Source of the DNA: a virus
IMG/VR virus record: IMGVR_UViG_3300028559_000015
Coordinates: 1 to 64,000 of that record
Length of the DNA: 64,000 bases
Strand: one strand, 5' to 3'
Shown here one piece after another: positions 1 to 6,860 of the stretch. The translations under genes and the position numbers were made by a program. The notes under the pieces are model-generated. The model saw nothing but the letters and a program-made list of their open reading frames with translations, searched no databases and had not been told where the DNA came from. Every line of letters starts with the position of its first letter. The stretch's first letter is position 1.

Positions 1-240
1 AGGGATGAAATCTGCGGAGAGAACGCAGAGAGTAAAAACTTTCAGTGAGGAACATTGTGATTCCTCGCAAGCGGGCAAGTCCGAAATGCCGGACAACATA
101 GTCTCGCTTGTCAACAAAAGGCTAACCATTTATTATTTAAGAACATGAGAGAAGAACATTAGCCCCGGCCTCGACCGCCGCGCCCTCTACTGTTCTTTAA
201 TAATGAATGGTATACATTTATGTGAATGAGAGGATTGTGC

Positions 241-314
241 TGGGGGATAGCACAATTTGGTAGTGCGTCGGTTTTTGGTACCGAAGGTTCTAGGTTCGAG
301 CCCTAGTCCCCCAG
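241..314 (+). tRNA. tRNA-Gln(TTG), no encoded CCA
   Basis: Cloverleaf; anticodon arm TCGGT-TTTTGGT-ACCGA; acceptor TGGGGGA/TCCCCCA. Confidence 0.9.
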
Positions 315-340
315 CACAATCCTCTTATATAATATAAAAG

Positions 341-416
341 GCCGTCTTAGCTCAGTTGGTAGAGCGCCACACTAGTAATGTGGATGTCAGTGGTTCGAAT
401 CCTCTAGACGGCACCA
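341..416 (+). tRNA. tRNA-Thr(AGT)
   Basis: CCACA-CTAGTAA-TGTGG; GCCGTCT/AGACGGC-ACCA. Confidence 0.9.
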
Positions 417-428
417 TTCATTCTTCAC

Positions 429-505
429 GACCCTTTAGTTCAACCGGATAGAGCGTCAGTCTTCGAAACTGAATGTTGTAGGTTCGAGTCCTACAGGGGT
501 CGCCA
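429..505 (+). tRNA. tRNA-Arg(TCG)
   Basis: TCAGT-CTTCGAA-ACTGA; ends GCCA. Confidence 0.93.
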
Positions 506-511
506 ATTCAT

Positions 512-588
512 GCCCGCGTGGCTCAGCTGGATAGAGCATCAGATTACGAATCTGAGGGTCGGAGGTTCGAATCCTTCCGCGGGCGCCA
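512..588 (+). tRNA. tRNA-Arg(ACG)
   Basis: TCAGA-TTACGAA-TCTGA; ends GCCA. Confidence 0.95.
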
Positions 589-595
589 ATTTTAT

Positions 596-669
596 GTACG
601 CTAAGTGTTACGGTAGCACGACTGGTTCCAACCCAGTTAGCGTGGGTTCGACTCCTACAGCGTATGCCA
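596..669 (+). tRNA. tRNA-Trp(CCA)
   Basis: ACTGG-TTCCAAC-CCAGT; G73 discriminator. Confidence 0.88.
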
Positions 670-675
670 ATTCAT

Positions 676-959
676 TTCTCAATAGTGTAAAGGAAAAATC
701 CTAGTAGCTATGGTGAAAGGGTACTTGGAACATTGCTAGTAAAATCTAGAGTAATATCACACAGTAGCAAACGCAAAGGCTTAAAAAACTGTGAGCCGGG
801 GAAGAGCCGGACAGGCTTTGTGATATGAAATAGTGCTGAAAACAATGCTAAGAGTATTTGAGTAGTCATATTGAAACGATGAAGTACGTGGTAACACTCC
901 GGCATTAGCATTTGCGTTTGGAGCCGGAAATGTTGGTTCAAGCCCAACTTGAGAAGCCA
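676..959 (+). ncRNA. tRNA-Gln-like body with ~200-nt D-loop insertion and enlarged anticodon loop
   Basis: Acceptor TTCTCAA(676-682)/TTGAGAA(949-955)-GCCA; D-stem GTGT(685-688)/ACAC(894-897); T-arm GTTGG-TTCAAGC-CCAAC. Confidence 0.7.
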
Positions 960-1041
960 GAATATTATGGAGCCGTATGCACGGTAAGGGTCGATCACTT
1001 CGCTGGTGTTTAGCGTGATTGGCTGCTCCGCCCAATTTTAT

Positions 1042-1117
1042 GCTAGGTTAGTGTCAGCGGTTAGCACACGAGTTTGTGGAACTCGGTGGATTGGTTCAAA
1101 TCCAATACCTAGTACCA
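1042..1117 (+). tRNA. tRNA-His(GTG), type lacking G-1
   Basis: CGAGT-TTGTGGA-ACTCG; preceded by T; G1-U72, A73. Confidence 0.92.
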
Positions 1118-1124
1118 ATATCAT

Positions 1125-1145
1125 GCACCCTTAGCTCAGTGGTAG
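1125..1145 (+). pseudogene. Truncated tRNA 5' fragment upstream of HNH gene
   Basis: GCACCCT-TA-GCTC-AGTGGTAG is an acceptor 5' strand plus D-arm start; no 3' half follows. Confidence 0.6.
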
Positions 1146-1192
1146 TGGTGAATTAAAAATGCTATTTTTCTACCGCTGAGCTAAATACATTT

Positions 1193-1711
1193 ATGATATA
1201 CAATTGTGATAAATGTGACAAAGAGTTCGATTCTGTTCGTAAATTGAATGGGCATAAAAGTGTTCATCGAACCAAAGGCAGATACAGTGTCAGTAGAAAA
1301 AAGCCGGAAAACAATATTAATCATTCTTGCGTTCATTGCAGCAAAACTTTTCCGCACAAACATAGTTCTTACAATAAGTTTTGTTCTATGGAATGTAGTG
1401 CAAAGTACACATGGGAACAGGTTTCTATTCCTCGCATTGAGCAAGGAATGGGTGGAAATTTTAAGAGATACCTTAAAGAATCAAGAGGTGATCAATGCGA
1501 AGAATGCAGACAACCCAGCTATCATAACGGTAAACCCCTGACATTGCAGCTTGATCACATAGATGGCAACAGTGACAATGATGCATTAGAAAATCTTCGT
1601 TTGCTTTGTCCCAACTGTCATACACAGACCCCTACTCATAGTAGAAGCGGTCCCGACAAGAAAATGACAAGAAGAAATACGCATCTACGAAAATATAGAA
1701 TGGGTCTATAG
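1193..1711 (+). CDS. HNH homing endonuclease with N-terminal C2H2 zinc finger
   Basis: CDKC...HKSVH; LQLDHIDGN...NLRLLCPNCH. Confidence 0.9.
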   Translation: MIYNCDKCDKEFDSVRKLNGHKSVHRTKGRYSVSRKKPENNINHSCVHCSKTFPHKHSSYNKFCSMECSAKYTWEQVSIPRIEQGMGGNFKRYLKESRGDQCEECRQPSYHNGKPLTLQLDHIDGNSDNDALENLRLLCPNCHTQTPTHSRSGPDKKMTRRNTHLRKYRMGL

Positions 1712-1776
1712 TTCATCGGTAGAACGCTTCCTTGACATGGAAGAGGCGGTAGGTTCAACTCCTACTAGACCCACCA
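1702..1776 (+). tRNA. tRNA-Val(GAC)
   Basis: CTTCC-TTGACAT-GGAAG; ends ACCA; overlaps the HNH stop. Confidence 0.92.
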
Positions 1777-1871
1777 AATTTAAGGTGTACCAAAGTTTAT
1801 GCGGCCACATGCTAGAGCTACCTTCCGAAAGTAGTATTCAGCATAGAAAATAAGTGGCCGCGCCATATTAC

Positions 1872-1959
1872 GGAGTCGTGCTAGAGTGGCCGATTAGACT
1901 ATCTTGGAAAGGTAGCGTACCGCAAGGTACCGTGAGTTCGAATCTCACCGACTCCGCCA
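1872..1959 (+). tRNA. tRNA-Ser(GGA)
   Basis: CTATC-TTGGAAA-GGTAG; long variable arm. Confidence 0.93.
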
Positions 1960-1990
1960 AAAGATATTTTACGATGAGGTGATATTTCGG

Positions 1991-2062
1991 TTGACTTTGG
2001 GAAGAGTATCATATACATTAAGAAAATAGAGAGAGCAGCGATGTTCTCTCGTTCTTTGACAT
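1991..2062 (+). promoter_or_regulatory. sigma70 promoter plus boxB-like hairpin and boxA-like element
   Basis: TTGACT-17-TACATT; GAGAGAGCA-GCGA-TGTTCTCTC; GTTCTTTGACAT. Confidence 0.7.
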
Positions 2063-2090
2063 AGTTAGAAAATAATAAGTCTCTTATGAG

Positions 2091-2211
2091 ACTTGTTAGA
2101 TGAATGCATCAGCCCATAGTAGCTACTGGGTCGTGGACGATAGGTGTATAACACAAAAGACGGTTCAATTCCGTAAGCAGGTCGCGCCTGCGATGCATTC
2201 TTCTAACAAGT
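2091..2211 (+). ncRNA. Stem-clamped ncRNA with T-loop-like hairpin
   Basis: 20-bp closing stem 2091-2110/2192-2211; internal ACGG-TTCAATT-CCGT. Confidence 0.65.
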
Positions 2212-2221
2212 ATCGTATGAT

Positions 2222-2342
2222 CTGGTGTTCTTAGAAAGGGAGTTCCTTAGTGGCGTACTCTAACTCTGACCGGTATAAGGGGGGATAGGTCAGTATCCTA
2301 GGGAAGTGCAATTCTTCCAAACTCTCTTTCTAAGAACATCAG
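2222..2342 (+). ncRNA. Stem-clamped tRNA-like ncRNA
   Basis: 23-bp closing stem 2222-2244/2320-2342; T-arm-like GGAAG-TGCAATT-CTTCC. Confidence 0.6.
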
Positions 2343-2462
2343 GTTATTAAGTCAAGACAAAGCAGGCCCTAAAGCTCTTTGTCCCGCCCTCGCAAGCGGA
2401 TATAGAATGGTTTAGGACATTCTATGCAGGATCGTTCCCTGCCGAGGGTATATTTTTCTAAT

Positions 2463-2538
2463 GCTCCTGTAGCTCAGTTGGTAGAGCACCTGACTGAAGA
2501 TCAGGGTGTCGTCGGTTCGATTCCGTCTGGGAGCACCA
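2463..2538 (+). tRNA. tRNA-Phe(GAA)
   Basis: CCTGA-CTGAAGA-TCAGG; ACCA. Confidence 0.95.
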
Positions 2539-2692
2539 AATTTTACTCGTGTGTGTACGGTGACCCAAAAGATAGTCTCCATTCTCAAACCCAGGCTATC
2601 AAGTCCGATGTCCGTAGCAGTACTAATTTAGTTAGTATCAGTGACTTATGTTGAGATACGAGTTACGGCGAGTAAATACATTATACTACTAT

Positions 2693-2778
2693 GCGGATGT
2701 GGCGAAATTGGTAGACGCACCAGATTTAGGTTCTGGCACTCGCAAGGTGTGGGGGTTCGAGTCCCTTCATCCGCACCA
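2693..2778 (+). tRNA. tRNA-Leu(TAG)
   Basis: CCAGA-TTTAGGT-TCTGG; variable arm. Confidence 0.95.
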
Positions 2779-2788
2779 CTCTTAAAAT

Positions 2789-2874
2789 GCCCCGATGGCG
2801 GAATCGGTAGACGCGGGAGACTCAAAATCTCTTGCCCAAAAGGCGTGGGGGTTCGAGTCCCTCTCGGGGCACCA
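2789..2874 (+). tRNA. tRNA-Leu(CAA)
   Basis: GGAGA-CTCAAAA-TCTCT; variable arm. Confidence 0.95.
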
Positions 2875-2889
2875 GCTATTTCAGAATTT

Positions 2890-2966
2890 GGGCCCTTAGC
2901 TCAGTAGGTTAGAGCGTCCGACTTTTAATCGGAAGGTCCTGGGTTCGAATCCCAGAGGGCCCACCA
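2890..2966 (+). tRNA. tRNA-Lys(TTT)
   Basis: TCCGA-CTTTTAA-TCGGA. Confidence 0.95.
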
Positions 2967-2971
2967 AGTTT

Positions 2972-3066
2972 GCAACGTGGTGTAATGGTAGCACAGGAAG
3001 TCCGAGAGTCGTAATGATGGGTAGGCAGCAAGATGCCAGGATGCGGGTTCGATTCCCGACGTTGTG
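2972..3066 (+). ncRNA. tRNA-like RNA with normal D- and T-arms but no canonical anticodon arm
   Basis: GCAACGT/ACGTTGT; GTGT-AATGGTA-GCAC; CGGG-TTCGATT-CCCG; no CCA. Confidence 0.6.
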
Positions 3067-3072
3067 ATTAAG

Positions 3073-3256
3073 TTTGTAGTGGGTGTTATAGTATAAGTCA
3101 CTGCGCGGAAGCCGGCCAGCGGAAACACAGTAAAGGATGTGTCCTTGCAAGGGACTTTTGATTCTGACTTATGCAACATTAACTTACCCAACTGACCGGC
3201 GCTTCTAATTGGTCGATAATGCTGCTGATGTTGTGGTACAGCAGGCCCACTATAAA
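3073..3256 (+). ncRNA. Pseudoknotted ncRNA of unknown class
   Basis: Closing stem TTTGTAGTGGGT/GCCCACTATAAA; crossing helices ATAAGTCA/TGACTTAT and GCCGGCCAG/CTGACCGGC. Confidence 0.55.
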
Positions 3257-3282
3257 GCATAAATATTCATGGGAGGGTTCCT

Positions 3283-3660
3283 ATGAAGAAACTAGCAATA
3301 TTGTTTTTGTTCTTAGTGCTTACAGCGTGTAATCAGCCTAATAATACAGGTGCTGACAACTATCGATTTGTTGGCGCAGATTTTAATTATCGATTTGGCG
3401 CAAAACAATACGAGAACAGTAGAGTTACTGTTGATATTGTCACCTACAAATCAAGAACTGACTTACAAAAAGAAGCACGTAAATATGGCGTAACTGATCC
3501 TAATTTGGCAGCATTTACTCTTTTATTTAAAAATGATCAAGGTAAATGCACTATACACATGATGGATCCATCTATTTCATATGAGCCTGAGTTTGTAGGT
3601 CACGAGTTCCTACATTGTGTTTATGGTCAATGGCATACAGATAATAAATCTACAAGATAA
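3283..3660 (+). CDS. Lipoprotein with HExxH zinc-peptidase-like motif
   Basis: Lipobox LTAC; GHEFLHC; ATAAATA late promoter and GGAGG upstream. Confidence 0.75.
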   Translation: MKKLAILFLFLVLTACNQPNNTGADNYRFVGADFNYRFGAKQYENSRVTVDIVTYKSRTDLQKEARKYGVTDPNLAAFTLLFKNDQGKCTIHMMDPSISYEPEFVGHEFLHCVYGQWHTDNKSTR

Positions 3661-3662
3661 TT

Positions 3663-3736
3663 GCCCTGTTAGTTAAATGGTAGAACGACTGTTTCGTAAT
3701 CAGTAGATGGCAGTTCGATTCTGCCATAGGGCACCA
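3663..3736 (+). tRNA. tRNA-Thr(CGT)
   Basis: ACTGT-TTCGTAA-TCAGT. Confidence 0.9.
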
Positions 3737-3741
3737 AGTTT

Positions 3742-3835
3742 GCTCCCTTAGTTTAGCGGTAAAACACCTGGCTTATATCCAGCATCGTCTCCAGATTAGA
3801 GAGCGTCACAGGTTCGAATCCTGTAGGGAGTACCA
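3742..3835 (+). tRNA. tRNA-Ile(TAT) with long variable arm
   Basis: CTGG-CTTATAT-CCAG; ~24-nt variable region; ACCA. Confidence 0.8.
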
Positions 3836-3845
3836 AAACATTATT

Positions 3846-3931
3846 GCCCAGGTGGTGGAACGGTAGACACGCAACGTTGAGGTCGTTGTGGACGAAAGTC
3901 CGTGAAAGTTCGAGTCTTTTCTTGGGCACCA
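3846..3931 (+). tRNA. tRNA-Leu(GAG)
   Basis: CAACG-TTGAGGT-CGTTG. Confidence 0.95.
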
Positions 3932-4040
3932 AATTATCAGCCAATGCTGATAGATTATTTATAGATTTTGGTTGCACTAAGTCCAATCATAGTCTATATA
4001 ATATAAACAGTCTAAATATGATAATATATAGGAGTTAATC

Positions 4041-4601
4041 ATGGCGGTTCTAGCCTTAGACATTTCGGGTACTCCAAGAGCATGGATTACCAACGACGAC
4101 GCAATTAGCTATCATGCTAAGAACTTGGTTGTCTGGACTTTAGGAGATGTCATCGCTAAGTATCGCGGAGGCATTCAGAAGGACGGCCGACAAAGCTATC
4201 TTGAAACACCGAGCATCATTGCAGTACGTGGCACAGGATTCGATTTTCGTAAGCACAACAAAGTTGTCTTGACTAATCGTACCTTGTTTGCTCGTGATCG
4301 CAACATTTGCGGTTACTGCGGTGATCATTTTGGACACACGAGACTAAGCCGAGACCACATTGTTCCTAGATTCCATGGCGGAATCGATGAATGGACCAAC
4401 GTTGTCACTGCTTGCATCCCGTGCAACCAAAAGAAGGGGTGCAAGTCGCTCAAGCAATCCGGTATGGAACTGTTGTATGTCCCATATGAACCAAATCACT
4501 ACGAGCATTTGCTATTGCAAAACCGTCATGTTCTTGCTGATCAAATGGCATATCTAATGACAGGTGTACCGAAGCACAGTCGGCTTATTGATCTTAATTA
4601 G
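4041..4601 (+). CDS. HNH endonuclease (McrA-like family)
   Basis: LFARDRNICGYCG...DHIVP..GG..WTNVVTACIPCNQKKG. Confidence 0.9.
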   Translation: MAVLALDISGTPRAWITNDDAISYHAKNLVVWTLGDVIAKYRGGIQKDGRQSYLETPSIIAVRGTGFDFRKHNKVVLTNRTLFARDRNICGYCGDHFGHTRLSRDHIVPRFHGGIDEWTNVVTACIPCNQKKGCKSLKQSGMELLYVPYEPNHYEHLLLQNRHVLADQMAYLMTGVPKHSRLIDLN

Positions 4602-4654
4602 AAAAATAAGCCGACACTGCTCAAGAAGTTAAATAGCATAGATGAAAGTTATGT

Positions 4655-4730
4655 TCCGCGATAGCTCAGTTGGTAGAGCGTCTGACTGTTAATCAGAATG
4701 TCCCTGGTTCGAGCCCAGGTCGTGGAGCCA
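4655..4730 (+). tRNA. tRNA-Asn(GTT)
   Basis: TCTGA-CTGTTAA-TCAGA. Confidence 0.95.
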
Positions 4731-4738
4731 AAATTAAT

Positions 4739-4814
4739 GCCCCTATAGCTCATTTGGTAGAGCGCCTGCCTTGTAAGCAGGAGGCGGTGGGTTCGAAACC
4801 TGCTGGGGGCACCA
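4739..4814 (+). tRNA. tRNA-Thr(TGT)
   Basis: CCTGC-CTTGTAA-GCAGG. Confidence 0.95.
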
Positions 4815-4869
4815 ATTATAAAAGCAAGAGTTTATCAAAACTCTTGCTTTTACTTTAACGATTTTGATT

Positions 4870-4946
4870 GTCTCCTTAGCTTAGCTGGATAGAGCAACAG
4901 ACTTCTAATCTGTAGGTCGCTGGTTCGAATCCAGCAGGGGACGCCA
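4870..4946 (+). tRNA. tRNA-Arg(TCT)
   Basis: ACAGA-CTTCTAA-TCTGT. Confidence 0.95.
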
Positions 4947-4951
4947 TTTTT

Positions 4952-5036
4952 GAGCCACTCCCGCGAGGTGAGGCCTGACTCATCGACGTTTGCAAAGGCG
5001 TTGAGTTGGTGCTGGTGCGAGTCCAGCATGTGGTTG
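4952..5036 (+). ncRNA. Degenerate tRNA-like element
   Basis: AGCCAC/GTGGTT ends; T-arm-like TGCTGG-TGCGAGT-CCAGCA; long central hairpin. Confidence 0.5.
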
Positions 5037-5076
5037 CTTTTTTGAGAGATTAAGAATACGATATAAATAGATTCAT

Positions 5077-5152
5077 GGGGATATAGCTCAGTTGGTAGAG
5101 CGACGGCTTTGCAAGCCGTAGGTCCGGGGTTCGAACCCCCGTGTCTCCACCA
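5077..5152 (+). tRNA. tRNA-Ala(TGC)
   Basis: ACGGC-TTTGCAA-GCCGT; G3-U70. Confidence 0.95.
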
Positions 5153-5159
5153 AAATTAT

Positions 5160-5234
5160 CGGGGAGTAAGTCAGCGGTAGACGGCCTGGTTTGGGACCAG
5201 GAGGTCGGAGGTTCGATCCCTCTCTCCCCGACCA
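5160..5234 (+). tRNA. tRNA-Pro(TGG)
   Basis: CCTGG-TTTGGGA-CCAGG. Confidence 0.95.
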
Positions 5235-5241
5235 AAATAAG

Positions 5242-5316
5242 GCCCGGTTAGCTCAGCGGAAGAGCATCTCGTTTACACCGAGAGGGTCGGGGGTTCGAAC
5301 CCCTCACCGGGCACCA
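5242..5316 (+). tRNA. tRNA-Val(TAC)
   Basis: TCTCG-TTTACAC-CGAGA. Confidence 0.95.
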
Positions 5317-5389
5317 TTTGTAGTAAGAACTACACACATAATGTGTGTAGTTTTTGGTTTTTTGATAAATAGTTATTCACTGTTTAGCA

Positions 5390-5791
5390 GTGGGATATAA
5401 GGGGTTTTATGAGTTGCAAAAGATTAATAAACACCTCCTGGTTAAGGGTTTTATAGAAGAGGCGCCAGGGCCCGATTATGTATCAGTCTTGAATGACTGG
5501 TTTCTTAGGCTCGTTGAGGCTATCGATATGAAGGTTCTTATGAATCCTCACTGCGTATGGTGTGACGACGATGGGAATGAAGGCGTGACCGGCGTAGTGG
5601 GTATCACTACTAGTCACAGCAGCATTCACTTCTGGCCAGAATATTATATGTTTGATCTTTATTCTTGCAAGGAATTTGAGGTTGAGACCGTTGTTGAAAT
5701 GCTTAAGGAGTTCAAAACCCATAGCCTTCAATATCAAGTGATCAACCGAGATACCGGAGAAATGCTTGATAACGGTTTCCTTAACTTATAA
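5390..5791 (+). CDS. speD: S-adenosylmethionine decarboxylase-like proenzyme (start uncertain)
   Basis: GVTGVVGITTSHSSIHFWPE...DLYSCK pyruvoyl self-cleavage signature. Confidence 0.8.
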   Translation: MGYKGFYELQKINKHLLVKGFIEEAPGPDYVSVLNDWFLRLVEAIDMKVLMNPHCVWCDDDGNEGVTGVVGITTSHSSIHFWPEYYMFDLYSCKEFEVETVVEMLKEFKTHSLQYQVINRDTGEMLDNGFLNL

Positions 5792-5800
5792 ACTACCTAT

Positions 5801-5889
5801 GTAGGAATGACCGAGTGGTCGAAGGTGGCAGTCTCCAAAACTGTTGTGGCGCAAGCCCCGCGTGGGTTCGAATCCTACTTCCTATGCCA
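5801..5889 (+). tRNA. tRNA with CCA (Trp) anticodon on a Ser-like long-variable-arm body
   Basis: GCAGT-CTCCAAA-ACTGT; variable arm GGC-GCAA-GCC; G73. Confidence 0.8.
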
Positions 5890-5890
5890 A

Positions 5891-6138
5891 TTAAACTCAC
5901 TGTTCACCGAGGGGCAGCGTCAGCCCATTGACGACTTGTGGATGTCCGATAAGTCTCGTGCAACTTACACGAGGAACTGTTGGAATACAGAAACAAAGAA
6001 TCTTTGGGTACTGTGGTTGCAGCCCGAGAAAAAGCCGAGACTTTGAGGTAGAGGGAGAAGTCCCCGAGCCAAAGAGTCAGAGCAATTATCCCGCTACAGT
6101 GGTGAGTGGGGCTGTCACGCGGTGAACAGTGAGTTTAA
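5891..6138 (+). ncRNA. ~250-nt structured ncRNA with perfect 19-bp closing stem
   Basis: TTAAACTCACTGTTCACCG/CGGTGAACAGTGAGTTTAA. Confidence 0.7.
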
Positions 6139-6145
6139 AAACTTC

Positions 6146-6215
6146 TTGACATTACCACGATCATGTCGTATATTGAGAACATAGAGAGCAGCGAGCTTTC
6201 TACGTTCTTTGACAT
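6146..6215 (+). promoter_or_regulatory. sigma70 promoter plus boxB-like hairpin and boxA-like element
   Basis: TTGACA-17-TATATT; TAGAGAGC-AGCGA-GCTTTCTA; GTTCTTTGACAT. Confidence 0.7.
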
Positions 6216-6231
6216 TGTTAGAAATTCTAAT

Positions 6232-6317
6232 GCGAGTATGGCGAAATTGGTAGACGCCTCAGACTTAAAATCTGATATCTTAATGGTGTGCCGGTTCGAG
6301 TCCGGCTACTCGCACCA
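6232..6317 (+). tRNA. tRNA-Leu(TAA)
   Basis: TCAGA-CTTAAAA-TCTGA. Confidence 0.95.
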
Positions 6318-6325
6318 AACTTTAG

Positions 6326-6486
6326 ACTTGTTACGCTATCACTGCGATCTTCGGTTCGAAACGATGACAGTAGATGTGGTGTAAGGTAGCACTCCGCCCG
6401 ACGATAGGCCGATACGAGGCCGACAATAGGGGGGCGGTTCGGGTTTCGAAGTCCCGAAGCTATATTGCAGTGATAGCGTAACAAGT
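6326..6486 (+). ncRNA. Stem-clamped tRNA-like ncRNA with expanded anticodon arm
   Basis: 23-bp closing stem 6326-6348/6464-6486; D-arm GTGT-AAGGTA-GCAC; CCGCCC/GGGCGG; T-arm-like TTCGGG-TTTCGAAGT-CCCGAA. Confidence 0.7.
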
Positions 6487-6490
6487 TTAT

Positions 6491-6566
6491 GCACCCATCG
6501 TCTAGTGGTCTAGGATATCGCCCTTTCAAGGCGGGGACACGGGTTCAAATCCCGTTGGGTGTACCA
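6491..6566 (+). tRNA. tRNA-Glu(TTC)
   Basis: CGCC-CTTTCAA-GGCG. Confidence 0.93.
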
Positions 6567-6643
6567 AATAATACTCACGTTGGGTATACTGTATAAATAT
6601 ACACGGTCCAGAGATAAGGACCAAATCACAAAAGGAAAACAAA

Positions 6644-6826
6644 ATGAAGAAGATTATTGCAATTGCTAGCTTGGCTAGCGTACTTACACTTGGTGCTTGC
6701 TCTCAAGAAGCTGCTCCTGCGGTTGACGCAATCGACGCAGAAGTTGCTGAGGCTGCCGAAGGTGCAGATGAAGTAGCTGCCGAAGTTGCTCCTGCCGAAG
6801 GTGCTCCTGCCGCTGCCGCTCAGTAA
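6644..6826 (+). CDS. Small Ala/Glu-rich lipoprotein
   Basis: Lipobox LGAC; TATAAATA late promoter and AAGGA RBS. Confidence 0.75.
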   Translation: MKKIIAIASLASVLTLGACSQEAAPAVDAIDAEVAEAAEGADEVAAEVAPAEGAPAAAAQ

Positions 6827-6860
6827 TAGAAGTAAGTAAACAACCATCGAGGACATCATC

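Noticed and set aside
1-130. Possible RNase P RNA 3' part (GAGGAA, AAGTCCG, AACAAAAGGCT)
   Set aside because: Structured, but motif order and spacing do not fit RNase P and the element is cut by the window edge; left unassigned.
676-959. tmRNA or canonical group I tRNA intron
   Set aside because: No G3-U70 Ala acceptor or tag frame; the insertion is in the D-loop and I could not locate convincing P7 elements.
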